Positions 1 through 10,013 of a DNA stretch of 64,000 nucleotides are shown here, piece by piece. Numbering within the stretch: the stretch's first letter is position 1; every line of letters starts with the position of its first letter. Both the position numbers and the translations under genes were made by a program. This stretch comes from an uncultured Acidobacteriota bacterium (lineage in GTDB: Bacteria; Acidobacteriota; Vicinamibacteria; Vicinamibacterales; 2-12-FULL-66-21). Below the pieces are notes generated by a model that did not search any database, had not been told where the DNA came from, and saw nothing but the letters and a program-made list of their open reading frames with translations. The DNA lies in contig CAWIKP010000018.1 in assembly GCA_963836735.1 (NCBI GenBank), positions 165,414 to 229,413 of the forward strand, written 5' to 3'.

Positions 1-485
1 AGAGATCAGGTCGAGGCCCTCCGGGAACTGCTCTTCGAAGGCCCGGAGCCGGCGCGTCCGCTTGAAGCTGAGAAACACGAACGGAAGCGCGAAGCCGGCC
101 GCGGCGCCGACCGGCAGCGCGTATTTCGACCGCGCGATCATGCCGGCGACCAGCGCCATCAGCGCGGCCAGCCCGACGGCGATCAGGAGGACGCCGCTCA
201 GCGACACCTTGAGTCCAGTCGCGTCGATCCATCTGCCGAGGGCCGACCCCCTGGTCGTGCCGGCCAGGATTCGATCGACAGCGGGCAGCGGCCCTTCATT
301 CGCGACCTTCACCAGCAACTTTGTCTGGGTGTCCTCGGCACGCTCGATGGGCTGCGAGACTTCCTTCAGCCGCGTGTCGAGCCGCCGCTGCCGCAACATC
401 TGCGGCAGCTTGGCAACGGCGGTGTACCCGCCCATCACCAGGCCGACGCCGACGACGAATGCCAGCAGAACCAGCGCGATGGCCA

Positions 486-486
<1 letters not shown>
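1..486 (-). CDS. tadB: Tad pilus inner-membrane platform protein TadB (T2SS-F family), cut by the window edge
   Basis: The start overlaps the cpaF stop (TAATG). Manual translation gives MAIALVLLAFVVGVGLVMGG...KRTRRLRAFEEQFPEGLDLIS, a typical TadB segment, and the gene lies directly downstream of cpaF. Confidence 0.85.
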
Positions 487-1826
<1,340 letters not shown>

Positions 1827-1840
1827 GTTCTATCCCGGAA

Positions 1841-3018
1841 TCAAAGGAGACCGAGGAAAGCCCGCTTCTTTTCCGGCTGCGGCTTCTCTTCGGTCCGGTC
1901 ATCCCCCACCAGCTGGCGCGTGAAGCTGGCGAACTGGGAAGAGAGATCGGAGTTATTGGTCATCGACAGCGGCACCCCGGAATTGAGCGCCTCCGACACC
2001 GTGCGGTAGTCGCTCGCGAAGGTATGGTGGATGCCGTAGCCGAGCGCCGTCTCGATCTGCTTCGGCGCGATGAGGTGCTGATCGGAGACCCGGTTGAGCA
2101 GAATCTTCACCCGCTCGCTGCCGGCGCCGAGCTGCCGGACGCGATCGATCAGCCGCTGGGCGTTCCGGATCGAGGGCACATCGGGATTGGTGACCAGGAA
2201 CACCGTCTCCGCGGCATACAGCGCCGAAACCGCACAGGCGTTCATCATGTTGCCGACGTCGATCACGATGTGCTCGTAGGTCTTGCTCAGCGAGCGGAGG
2301 AGCTCCTCGATCGCCCCCGAGTCCTGCGGATTCGGCCGATCGAACTGCTCGGAGCCGGCAAGAATGTCGAGGCCGGACTTGTGCCTGGAGACGAGCTCCT
2401 TCAAGAAGTCCTTGTCGAGGCGATGCAGGTTCTCGAGTGCATCGAGGACGGTGAAACGCGGCCGCACACCCAGGAACAGCGCGACCTCGCCCAGGCACTG
2501 CTTCAGGTCGATGATCACCGTCGGACGCTTCGACAGCCGCGCCAGCTCCACCGCCGAGTTGACCGCGACCGTCGTCGTCCCGCAACCGCCCTTGGCGCCG
2601 AGGAAGACGTGGGTCACGCAGGGTTGACGGGCGCCGGCGGATGCCGCCTCGCGTCGGGCCGCCGTGCGGCGCACCGCACCGTTGAACGATTCTTCCATCG
2701 AGCGCGACGACTGGAGGTCCCGCCGGGATGCCAGGGAAAGAACTCGTTGGCGCCGGCGCGCATGGCCTGCAGGATCAAATCGGACTCGGCCGCCGCAGCG
2801 ATCGCGAAGATCGGCACGCCTTCGTGCCCGGCGCGCAGCCGCTCGATGGTCGCGAGACCGGAGGAGGCGTCGTGCCGGATATCGACGACGTAGAGATCGG
2901 GGGCGGCATCCAGGCTTTCGACGATGCCGACCGGAACTCCGCCGGCGCGGAGCAGGCGGGAGATCTCCCGTTTGAACTCTGCATCGTGGCTGACGATGGA
3001 TGCTGCAAGTTGTGCCAT
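1841..3018 (-). CDS. cpaE: CpaE/TadZ pilus localisation protein (receiver + MinD/ParA-like domain), frameshift near 2720
   Basis: N-terminal frame MAQLAASIV...LYVVDIR...LILQAMRAGANEF is receiver-like. The second frame has the degenerate Walker A GAKGGCGTTT and the MinD-like C-terminus KKRAFLGLL. Confidence 0.88.
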
Positions 3019-3288
3019 TTGATGTGTCCTGATTCAGGCGAGCGCTTCCTTCGTCGCGCGCGGGCGCCGATTCGGAACTGGTCGCAACGGGTGTGCCGAC
3101 CGTCCGGATCGCTAAACCTGTCAATTTGCTCGGAATTTATGCGGAATCGTCATCGTCTCGGCCGCGTGTGCCTGACATATCCGTGCGTGACCCACAGAAC
3201 TGAAAACGGTGCGCGCGCCCAATCCGCCCATCCGCCGACCCACTCGGACCGATATTCACCGGCGGCGCGCGGAAGCCGGCCCGTACGG

Positions 3289-3325
3289 TAGAAAGGGCAG
3301 GCCGGTTGTCATCCCCAGCCTGCCC
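3289..3325 (-). terminator. Probable intrinsic terminator after the TadG-like gene
   Basis: GGGCAGGC...GCCTGCCC stem followed by TTTCTA on the minus strand. Confidence 0.45.
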
Positions 3326-3350
3326 TCACATCGGTCATCGGGCTGCGTGG

Positions 3351-4512
3351 CTACTCGACCAGGCGCAGCGCCTTGGGATTCAGGCCCATCGGCGCCGGGC
3401 CATGGTTGGCGTCGCGGATGCCGGCGATCGGAATGATCCGGCCCCAGACACCGTTGCCCTCGATGTACTCGATAAAGAACCCGATCCAGTTGGCGGTGAC
3501 CAGATCCGCGGTCCGTCCGTTCCGCTTGCCGCTGTCGTACACGATCGGGTCGTAGAGCGGGATCGGGAACACCCGTGGGCTCTGCGCCCCGGCCGTGCTG
3601 CCCTTCACCTTGTTCGTGGCGGTGTCCCAGTACGCGCCCGGGTCCTTGGCGATCAACGCCTCGGCGCCCTGGATGGTCGGGCCGTTCATGGCGCCCGGCT
3701 CCTGGGTCAGCGGATCGCCCTAGTAATAGGTTGTCTTGTTGCAGTTCGCGATGTTCCAGTCGGTACTCGGCGCCGCCGGTGATGACCGGCTTGCCCATCG
3801 CCAGCGAGAAGTAGAAGCTCGAGGTGATGTTCGTTCCAGTCGCCGCGCGGAGGCCAAGCTTTTGTCCCCGCATCGACTCCTGGTTGTAGCCGGTGTATCC
3901 GGGCTGAGTCGCCGGGATGTAGACATCGGGGTTCGCGAGCGGCCGCCCTTTGTTGTCGAAGGCGTCGTAGGTGTCGTCGCCGTCCCACGGCGGCGTCTGC
4001 ACCTCCTTCCACTTGTCGGGAATCGTGAACGGCTTCACGCAGGTCATGGCGTTGGCCTGCGACACTTCGGCGGTCGCGGTCGCGCCGATGTCGGTGGTCG
4101 TCACCCCGAAGTACTTGGCGATCAGCGTCGAGACCGGGTTGCCGCGCGATGCGGTCCGGCGCACCGTCACCTTGACCCGCGACGCCTCCCCGGACGGATC
4201 CAGCGGGAACGTCACGTCGGAAGAGAGCACCGACACGTTCTTGGCCATCACCTGGTTGCCCGTCGCCGCGTTGATGGCGTTGGTCACCGCCGGCCCGCTC
4301 GGCGAGCAATCGGTGTAGTTGTCGTACAACAGCGCGGTCGCGCCGGCGAGAGCACCCGCGTCGGCCGAGTTCTGCGCCTGGTTGCGCGCGGTCATGAGCA
4401 TGCCGACGTCGATCGCGAGCATGCTGGCGCTCAAGAACGCCATCATGCCGAGCCCGACGAACACGTAGCTCATGCCCGATTCGTCTTTGCGAAGTCTCTG
4501 GAATCTGCTCAT
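3351..4512 (-). CDS. tadG: TadG-like pseudopilin / pilus-associated protein, frameshift(s) near 3760
   Basis: N-terminus MSRFQRLRKDESG-MSYVFVGLGMMAFLSASMLAIDVG...QAQNSADAGALAGA. The C-terminal part continues in ORF 3351..3689. Confidence 0.8.
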
Positions 4513-4565
4513 GTTCAGCTCAGCTGCGGCTGTCGCATGTCGCGCCGCCAGCTGCCCCTGTTGGC

Positions 4566-6527
4566 CTACCGTGATGCGGTCTTGGTTGCCGTTGCCGACT
4601 TCGAGAGTTCCTGTTGATATGCGTCCTGCGCCTGCTTCAGCCACATAGCGGCGTCGTTCAAGGACTTCTGGCGCTTCAGCTGCTCCTGCTCCTGCTCCGG
4701 CTCCGGCTGGCGGTCGCCCTCCCGCTTCTGCCGCTCCTGTTCGAGCTTCTCGGCCTGCTTCCTCAACCTCTCCTCGGCCTTCTTCGCCTCAGCGTCTTTC
4801 TTCTGCTGCGCGAGGTAGGCTTTCCGTTCCTCTTCGCGGGCCTGCTCGATCGCCTTCAGCTGCTGTTTGGTGAGCGGTTGGCTCGGTGCCGGTGTCGCAC
4901 CTGCATCACCGATCGGTGCAAACGGCGCCGCGGGGTCCGGCACCGCGGTCAGCGGATGGCTCGAGAGCGGCTGTGATTGCACCGGCGCGTCGACCGGCGC
5001 CAGTGCCTGCGACGCAGGCGCTGGAGCGGGCGACGGGGCCGGAGCGGGCGCGGGAACCGGAGCCGGAGCCGGGTTCTGCTTCTGCGTCACGGGGTTCCGC
5101 GGAGACCCGGTGTACGGATCCGGCGGCGGCATCGTCTTGCTCGGCGCCCCGAGGAACGGCTCGACCAGCGACGGCAGACCCTGGGAGACACCCTGTGAAT
5201 CGCGGCGCACGATGATCGGCGTCACCATCACGACCAGCTCGGTCTGATCCTTCTGATAGGCGCGGCTCTTGAAGAGCGTCCCGAGGATTGGAATGTCGCC
5301 GAGACCGGGGATCTTGCGCATCGATGACAGTGCGCTGTTGTTGAGGAGCCCGGCGATCGCGAAGGTCTGTCCGTCGCGCAGCTCCACCTCGGTGTCGGCG
5401 CGGCGCGAGTTCAGAGCGGGAACGCGGAAGCCTTCGATCACGACCGCGTTGTTGAAGTCGAGCGAGCTGACTTCCGGATTGATCTTCAGGTTGATCAGAT
5501 CGCCGCCGAGGACGGTCGGCGTGAATTTCAGCCGGACGCCGTACTCCTTGAACTGGATGCTGAACGACCCGAAGTTGCCCTGCGGCACCGGATACGGGAA
5601 CTCACCGCCCGCCAGGAAGCTGGCCTCCTTGCCGTTGAGCGCAATCAGGTTCGGCTCGGCCAGGCTCTGGAACAGGCCACGGCCCTGCATCGCCTTCACC
5701 ACCGCGCCGATCTGGTTCTTGGCGTCGAACAGGAACAGGTTCAGGTAATCGCTGAACACCAGCGTCTTGCCGAGCATAGGCTTTGCCTGATCGAAGAAGG
5801 GTGCCGGGAACTGCTGCGTCGTGATGCGGCCGAACTGGTTGTTGTAGCCGTCGGAGAACACCGCGCCGCCGAGCTCCTGCAGCGCGTTGCGGCTCACTTC
5901 GGCGAAGCGCACCCGCAGCATGACCTGGTTCGACGCCACGCCTTCCTGCTGCTTCAGCAGGTTGACCACGTTCTCTTTCTTGTCGACGTATCCGGCGGCG
6001 ACGTCCGCAGCCTTCTCGATGACGTACTTGCTCGACACCGTGCCGGCGATCACGACGTCCTTGCCGCTCCCCATGATGGTGATGGGCTCGCCCGGGAACA
6101 GCTGCTTGATGTGGGCGATGAGCGGCGTCAGGTCGCGGCGGACCTTGACCTCATAGGTCTTGATCGCGCCGGCGCGGTCCCACACGAACAGCGAGATCGT
6201 GCCCGGCTGCTTGCCGTGGATCAGCAGCTGGGTGGGGGCCGTCACCATCGCATCGGCGATGTCGGGAACCGTCAGCGACACCCGCGCGATCGGACCGCCG
6301 ACGTTCAGCACCGTCGAGCGGCCGACCAGGAGGTCGACGTCGGTCGGTGTGTCCCCGGCAATCACCGCAGGATTCGCCCCGGCCATGTAGGTCGGAACCG
6401 GCTGCTGCGCCTGCGGCGTAGCCACGAGGATGACAATGATGGCCACGACGAGTGCCGCGGTTGTGGCGGGCCTTCCGTTCGTGGCGCGCCGCAAGCGGCG
6501 AAGCGGAGTCGTGAGTGCCGAAGTCAT
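4566..6527 (-). CDS. cpaC: CpaC/RcpA secretin with a Pro/Ala-rich and charged C-terminal tail
   Basis: QVMLRVRFAEVSR, LAEPNLIALNGKEASFLAGGEFPYP, IPGLGDIPILGTLFKS...TELVVMVTP. Confidence 0.93.
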   Translation of the reverse strand: MTSALTTPLRRLRRATNGRPATTAALVVAIIVILVATPQAQQPVPTYMAGANPAVIAGDTPTDVDLLVGRSTVLNVGGPIARVSLTVPDIADAMVTAPTQLLIHGKQPGTISLFVWDRAGAIKTYEVKVRRDLTPLIAHIKQLFPGEPITIMGSGKDVVIAGTVSSKYVIEKAADVAAGYVDKKENVVNLLKQQEGVASNQVMLRVRFAEVSRNALQELGGAVFSDGYNNQFGRITTQQFPAPFFDQAKPMLGKTLVFSDYLNLFLFDAKNQIGAVVKAMQGRGLFQSLAEPNLIALNGKEASFLAGGEFPYPVPQGNFGSFSIQFKEYGVRLKFTPTVLGGDLINLKINPEVSSLDFNNAVVIEGFRVPALNSRRADTEVELRDGQTFAIAGLLNNSALSSMRKIPGLGDIPILGTLFKSRAYQKDQTELVVMVTPIIVRRDSQGVSQGLPSLVEPFLGAPSKTMPPPDPYTGSPRNPVTQKQNPAPAPVPAPAPAPSPAPAPASQALAPVDAPVQSQPLSSHPLTAVPDPAAPFAPIGDAGATPAPSQPLTKQQLKAIEQAREEERKAYLAQQKKDAEAKKAEERLRKQAEKLEQERQKREGDRQPEPEQEQEQLKRQKSLNDAAMWLKQAQDAYQQELSKSATATKTASR

Positions 6528-6550
6528 TTGTTGGTTCCTTGTTTGAGAAT

Positions 6551-6648
6551 CAGCTTCCAGCTTCCAGCTACCAGCTACCAGCTTCGAACGCAGCCTCCTG
6601 GCGCCCGCTCGATCTGAGCTGACAGCTGGGAGCTGGCAGCTGGCAGCT
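6551..6648. repeat. Intergenic element with inverted arms made of 7-bp tandem units (CAGCT[AT]C)
   Basis: cagcttccagcttccagctaccagctaccagct ... agctgacagctgggagctggcagctggcagct. Confidence 0.8.
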
Positions 6649-7519
6649 ACTTGATTACTTCCTGCGCCCGCTTGTCCCCGCGGATCACCTCAACGGTAGG
6701 CAGCGCTTCGGGCATCGGGACGGTCTGCGTCACGGGGCCGGCCGACGCGCTCGCGCGCGCGCTGCGGCGGACCGAAGCAGTCCCCTTCGACGCCGGGGGA
6801 AGGGCGCGGGCCGTCCCGACGAGCGAGGCGGTCTTCACGCCCGGCGTCTCGGGTGCGGTCTGATCCAGGGGATTGCGCAGCGCCAGCTGAATCTTGCCTT
6901 CGGTGCTCGCCAGGGCCAGCCGCTCGGACTGCTCGGGATTGACCAGCAGCGTCACGACCGTCACCTGCATCGGCTTGCCCTTCTCCTGGTCCTGCTCCAT
7001 GCGGGTGCCGGCGGTCAGCACCTGCACGTTCGAGAGAATCAGCTTCGAGGTCGTATCCGCGCGTGTGTCGTTGGGGCTCGCGGTCGCGACCACGTCGACG
7101 CGGGTGCCGGGCAGGACGTAGCCCGCGACGCCAATCACTTCATTGACGCGAACCGACACCGCCCGCATCCCTTCGGGAATGACCGGCGGCAGCCCTGCGC
7201 CGGCTTCCTTCGACGCGAGCTTGGAGGGCAGCACCGGCTCGTTCTTCACGATCGGCGCAATCAGGCCGCGGCCGACGAGATCGGAGGGCTGCGTGAACGT
7301 GCCCTCCGGCGCCTGGCCGGCCGGGAAGTTCACAATCGTCAGATCCTCTTTCTTCAGCTCGGAGCCGAGCTGGAGATCGGCGGCGGCGACGACCACCGGC
7401 TGGGTCGCGACCGCGGCTGTCCGCGCGGGCTGGTTCTGCACCAGGTTGTAAGTCCCGTAGGCCAGCCCGCCGCCGGCAAGGACGGCAATCGCGAATACGG
7501 CAAAGATTCGGTTACGCAT
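6647..7519 (-). CDS. cpaB: Flp pilus assembly protein CpaB/RcpC (SAF domain)
   Basis: VVVAAADLQLG, IPEGMRAVSVRVNEVIGVAGYVLPGTRVDV, LALASTEGKIQLALRNP. Confidence 0.94.
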   Translation of the reverse strand: MRNRIFAVFAIAVLAGGGLAYGTYNLVQNQPARTAAVATQPVVVAAADLQLGSELKKEDLTIVNFPAGQAPEGTFTQPSDLVGRGLIAPIVKNEPVLPSKLASKEAGAGLPPVIPEGMRAVSVRVNEVIGVAGYVLPGTRVDVVATASPNDTRADTTSKLILSNVQVLTAGTRMEQDQEKGKPMQVTVVTLLVNPEQSERLALASTEGKIQLALRNPLDQTAPETPGVKTASLVGTARALPPASKGTASVRRSARASASAGPVTQTVPMPEALPTVEVIRGDKRAQEVIK

Positions 7520-7528
7520 GTGAGTTAC

Positions 7529-7956
7529 CTAGATTTCGTTCCGCATGACTGCGACGGACTGCATGGTGAGCGGTTTTCCCGCGGTGCTGCCCTTGGCCAC
7601 GAGCTTCGCCACGCCGTTGAGGACCATGAAGGAAAACGGGTAATTGACAGTGATTTTCGAGCCGGTGTTGGTTCCGAGGGCGATGCTGCGATTGATCACG
7701 ACGCCAGCGGACCCGTACCCGGCAGGCCGCCTGCCTGCATGTAATTCCGGACCGCCGCCGTGACCTCGTCATCGGTCTTGTCCGACAGGATGGCGACACG
7801 CGCGCCTTCGCGTGCCGCGTTGGTCAGCACCTGCCAGGTCTGATAGGCGCGGCCGAACTCGAAGATGCCGACGGAGATCAGAAGGATGATCGGGATCGTG
7901 ATCGCGGCCTCGATCAGCGCGGCGCCCCGTTCATTCCTGCGAAGTTTTGTGCGCAT
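7529..7956 (-). CDS. tadE: TadE-family pseudopilin, frameshift near 7700
   Basis: RRNERG-AALIEAAITIPIILLISVGIFEFGRAY...AAREGAR. The shifted frame ends ...PLTMQSVAVMRNEI*. Confidence 0.85.
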
Positions 7957-7959
7957 ATG

Positions 7960-8047
7960 AGCTACCAGCTCCCAGCTACCAGCTTCCAGCTACCCGAGAA
8001 GACCTCGCTCGATCAGCTGGCAGCTGGAAGCTGGCAGCTGGGAGCTG
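7960..8047. repeat. Second copy of the CAGCT heptamer inverted-arm element
   Basis: agctaccagctcccagctaccagcttccagct ... cgctcgatc ... agctggcagctggaagctggcagctgggagctg. It shares the internal cgctcgatc with the copy at 6551. Confidence 0.8.
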
Positions 8048-8049
8048 AT

Positions 8050-8559
8050 TCATCCCACCAGCGCGGCGACGATGGTGCCGGCGGCGATGGCCGGGCCGTA
8101 CGCGAACCGGCTCGCGGCCGGCGCAGCGCGCAGCAGCTCACGAGTGTCCGCAGACCCCGCCACCAGCCGGCCGGTTCCGGCCAGCGTGGCGGAGAGGCGC
8201 CGCCGCCTGATCGCCACGATGACGGCCAGCAGACCACCGGCGATCGCGGTAAACAGAAACGCCGTGATCACCAGGTTCGGTCCGACGATGGCGCCAAAGG
8301 CCGCCATCAGCTTCACGTCCCCCGCGCCGGTTGCCCCGAGCACATGTCCGGGCATCATCAGCGCCAGGCCTATCCCGAACCCGAGCATCGAGGCCCAGAG
8401 CGACACGCCGCTGACGCCGGTCGCCGCCAGGCCGACCCCGATCCCCGCCAGCGTCGCCGTGAGCTCGTTCGGGATGCGGCGGGTGCGGAGGTCCACGACC
8501 GACGCCACGGTCATCCCGATCGCGATCACCGCGAACGCGGCATTAGAAACTGCTGGCAA
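8050..8559 (-). CDS. cpaA: Prepilin peptidase CpaA/TadV (A24 family); start uncertain
   Basis: VVDLRTRRIPN, GATGAGDVKL, FAYGPAIAAG. Confidence 0.9.
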   Translation of the reverse strand: MPAVSNAAFAVIAIGMTVASVVDLRTRRIPNELTATLAGIGVGLAATGVSGVSLWASMLGFGIGLALMMPGHVLGATGAGDVKLMAAFGAIVGPNLVITAFLFTAIAGGLLAVIVAIRRRRLSATLAGTGRLVAGSADTRELLRAAPAASRFAYGPAIAAGTIVAALVG

Positions 8560-8740
8560 TCGTCGTCCAGAAAACTTGATTGATGACGTTCCCCACCGAC
8601 GACACCGCGCCGAGCGCGATGAGGGCGATGAGCGCCGCGAGCAGCCCGTACTCGAGCAGGTCCTGCCCCTCTTCCGAGCGTCGGAACCGGGACGTGCCCG
8701 CGAGGCTCTTCAGCGCGACGACGGCAACTGGTGACTGCAT
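8543..8740 (-). CDS. flp: Flp-family type IVb pilin (second copy)
   Basis: RRSEEG-QDLLEYGLLAALIALIALGAV contains the Flp G/xxxxEY motif. Confidence 0.88.
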   Translation of the reverse strand: MQSPVAVVALKSLAGTSRFRRSEEGQDLLEYGLLAALIALIALGAVSSVGNVINQVFWTTIASSF

Positions 8741-8869
8741 GGACGACTCTCCCGGCTCTGGTCTCTTGTTGCGTGCTGGTGCTGCCTGTTGTCTACCCTG
8801 CGAGGCCAGGAGGTTACGCGCTTCCGTGCAACATAGTGCGTGCTTCTGCGCCGCGTATCCCTGGTCGTG

Positions 8870-8902
8870 CGGTGCAACGTGCCGGGACGGCACGTTGCAC
8901 CG
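8870..8902 (-). terminator. Perfect 15-bp-stem hairpin after the major flp (terminator or mRNA-stabilising stem)
   Basis: cggtgcaacgtgccg-gga-cggcacgttgcaccg. Confidence 0.7.
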
Positions 8903-8917
8903 ATCACGAACGCCGTC

Positions 8918-9100
8918 TTACGCTGCGGCCGCGAGCGAGCCCGCGATCGCCGTGAAGATCTGGTTCACCGAACCGCCGGCCATTCCGACCGCGCCGATCG
9001 CGATGAGAGCGATGAGGGCCACGAGCAGCGCGTACTCAAGCAGGTCCTGGCCGTCTTCCTTGTTCGAGAACGACTTCACGAAGTTGATCAGGTTCGACAT
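8918..9100 (-). CDS. flp: Flp-family type IVb pilin (probable major pilin)
   Basis: MSNLINFVKSFSNKEDG-QDLLEYALLVALIALIAIGAV, preceded by the strong RBS GGGGGAGG. Confidence 0.93.
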   Translation of the reverse strand: MSNLINFVKSFSNKEDGQDLLEYALLVALIALIAIGAVGMAGGSVNQIFTAIAGSLAAAA

Positions 9101-9211
9101 GATTCCTCCCCCGAGGCATCTGCACCGTGACCGGTGCGTTGGTGCGGCGTCGCCGCAGTTGTTTGCGTTCCAGCTGTCGCGGCGCGACGCCGCGTCACGG
9201 CCCCGGCTATC

Positions 9212-9226
9212 GCAACGGATATGCCA
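9212..9226 (-). promoter_or_regulatory. Putative sigma54 (-24/-12) promoter for flp
   Basis: The minus strand reads TGGCATATCCGTTGC, with exact GG-N10-GC spacing, about 110 bp upstream of flp. Confidence 0.65.
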
Positions 9227-9553
9227 CGAGCTCATCGGCAGCCTCGCTGGCGGCCTGGATCGCGAGGATTTCCCAAGGAATCTGCGCATTCCTGCAGCGG
9301 TCCCCGCCGCCCCCGTCCGCGGCCGCGGACGTCCGCGCCGAGCGCATGGTCATCAGAACCGTAAGGCCTGTCCCGAAATCCGTGGCGACCCCGCGTGAGC
9401 GCCGAAATTGGCGCAATCCGTGCCGTTTCGGGACACGAGGAGCCGAGCGTCAGGGAGCACGGACTGCCGGACTACCGCACGACCGAACTCGTGATCGCGA
9501 CAGCTCCTTATTGATCCCATCGCCGAGCGTTGCCGGGTAACGACAGTTGTGTG

Positions 9554-9568
9554 TGGCACAAGGGTTGC
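9554..9568 (+). promoter_or_regulatory. Putative sigma54 (-24/-12) promoter for the divergent unit
   Basis: TGGCACAAGGGTTGC, a close match to TGGCACG-N4-TTGC. Confidence 0.7.
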
Positions 9569-9693
9569 GTTTTTATGTTCTCGCCATTCGTCCGGTCGGC
9601 GAACTTTCGCCGCGACCGGGCATTTCGCTGAATGTTTTTCGGCGCGGGCGAGGCATTCCGCGGCAATACCCGAATACGAAATCGAGATCTGCC

Positions 9694-9966
9694 ATGCAAA
9701 TCAAACTGAGTCTTCGTCAATGGACGCTCTCCACGCTGGTGTTCGGCGGGGTGCTGATCGCCCTGACGTCGGTCGACGCGCGGGTGCGCGAACGCGTCAG
9801 CGATGTGATGAGGGGCAGCGACGGTTTGACGCCATGGGGGGATCGCCTGACGGATCTGGGCAACGCGCTGGCGTCGGCAGTCCGCCACCAGAGCATCGAG
9901 AACGCACCCTTGCTGATCTTCGCGGCGGTCGGCGCCGTGCTCTTCGTATTCATGCTGAAGGTCTAA
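9694..9966 (+). CDS. Small hypothetical membrane protein (90 aa, two hydrophobic segments)
   Basis: MQIKLSLRQWTLSTLVFGGVLIALTSVD...NAPLLIFAAVGAVLFVFMLKV; codon usage looks coding. Confidence 0.7.
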   Translation: MQIKLSLRQWTLSTLVFGGVLIALTSVDARVRERVSDVMRGSDGLTPWGDRLTDLGNALASAVRHQSIENAPLLIFAAVGAVLFVFMLKV

Positions 9967-10013
9967 GGACCGTCGACCACCGGACGGCGGCCCCTTTCGT
10001 CAGTGAGGGATCA

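Noticed and set aside
9101-9693. c-di-GMP or other riboswitch upstream of flp
   Set aside because: I could not identify GEMM-type conserved elements by eye. An Rfam/Infernal scan would be needed, so none is claimed.
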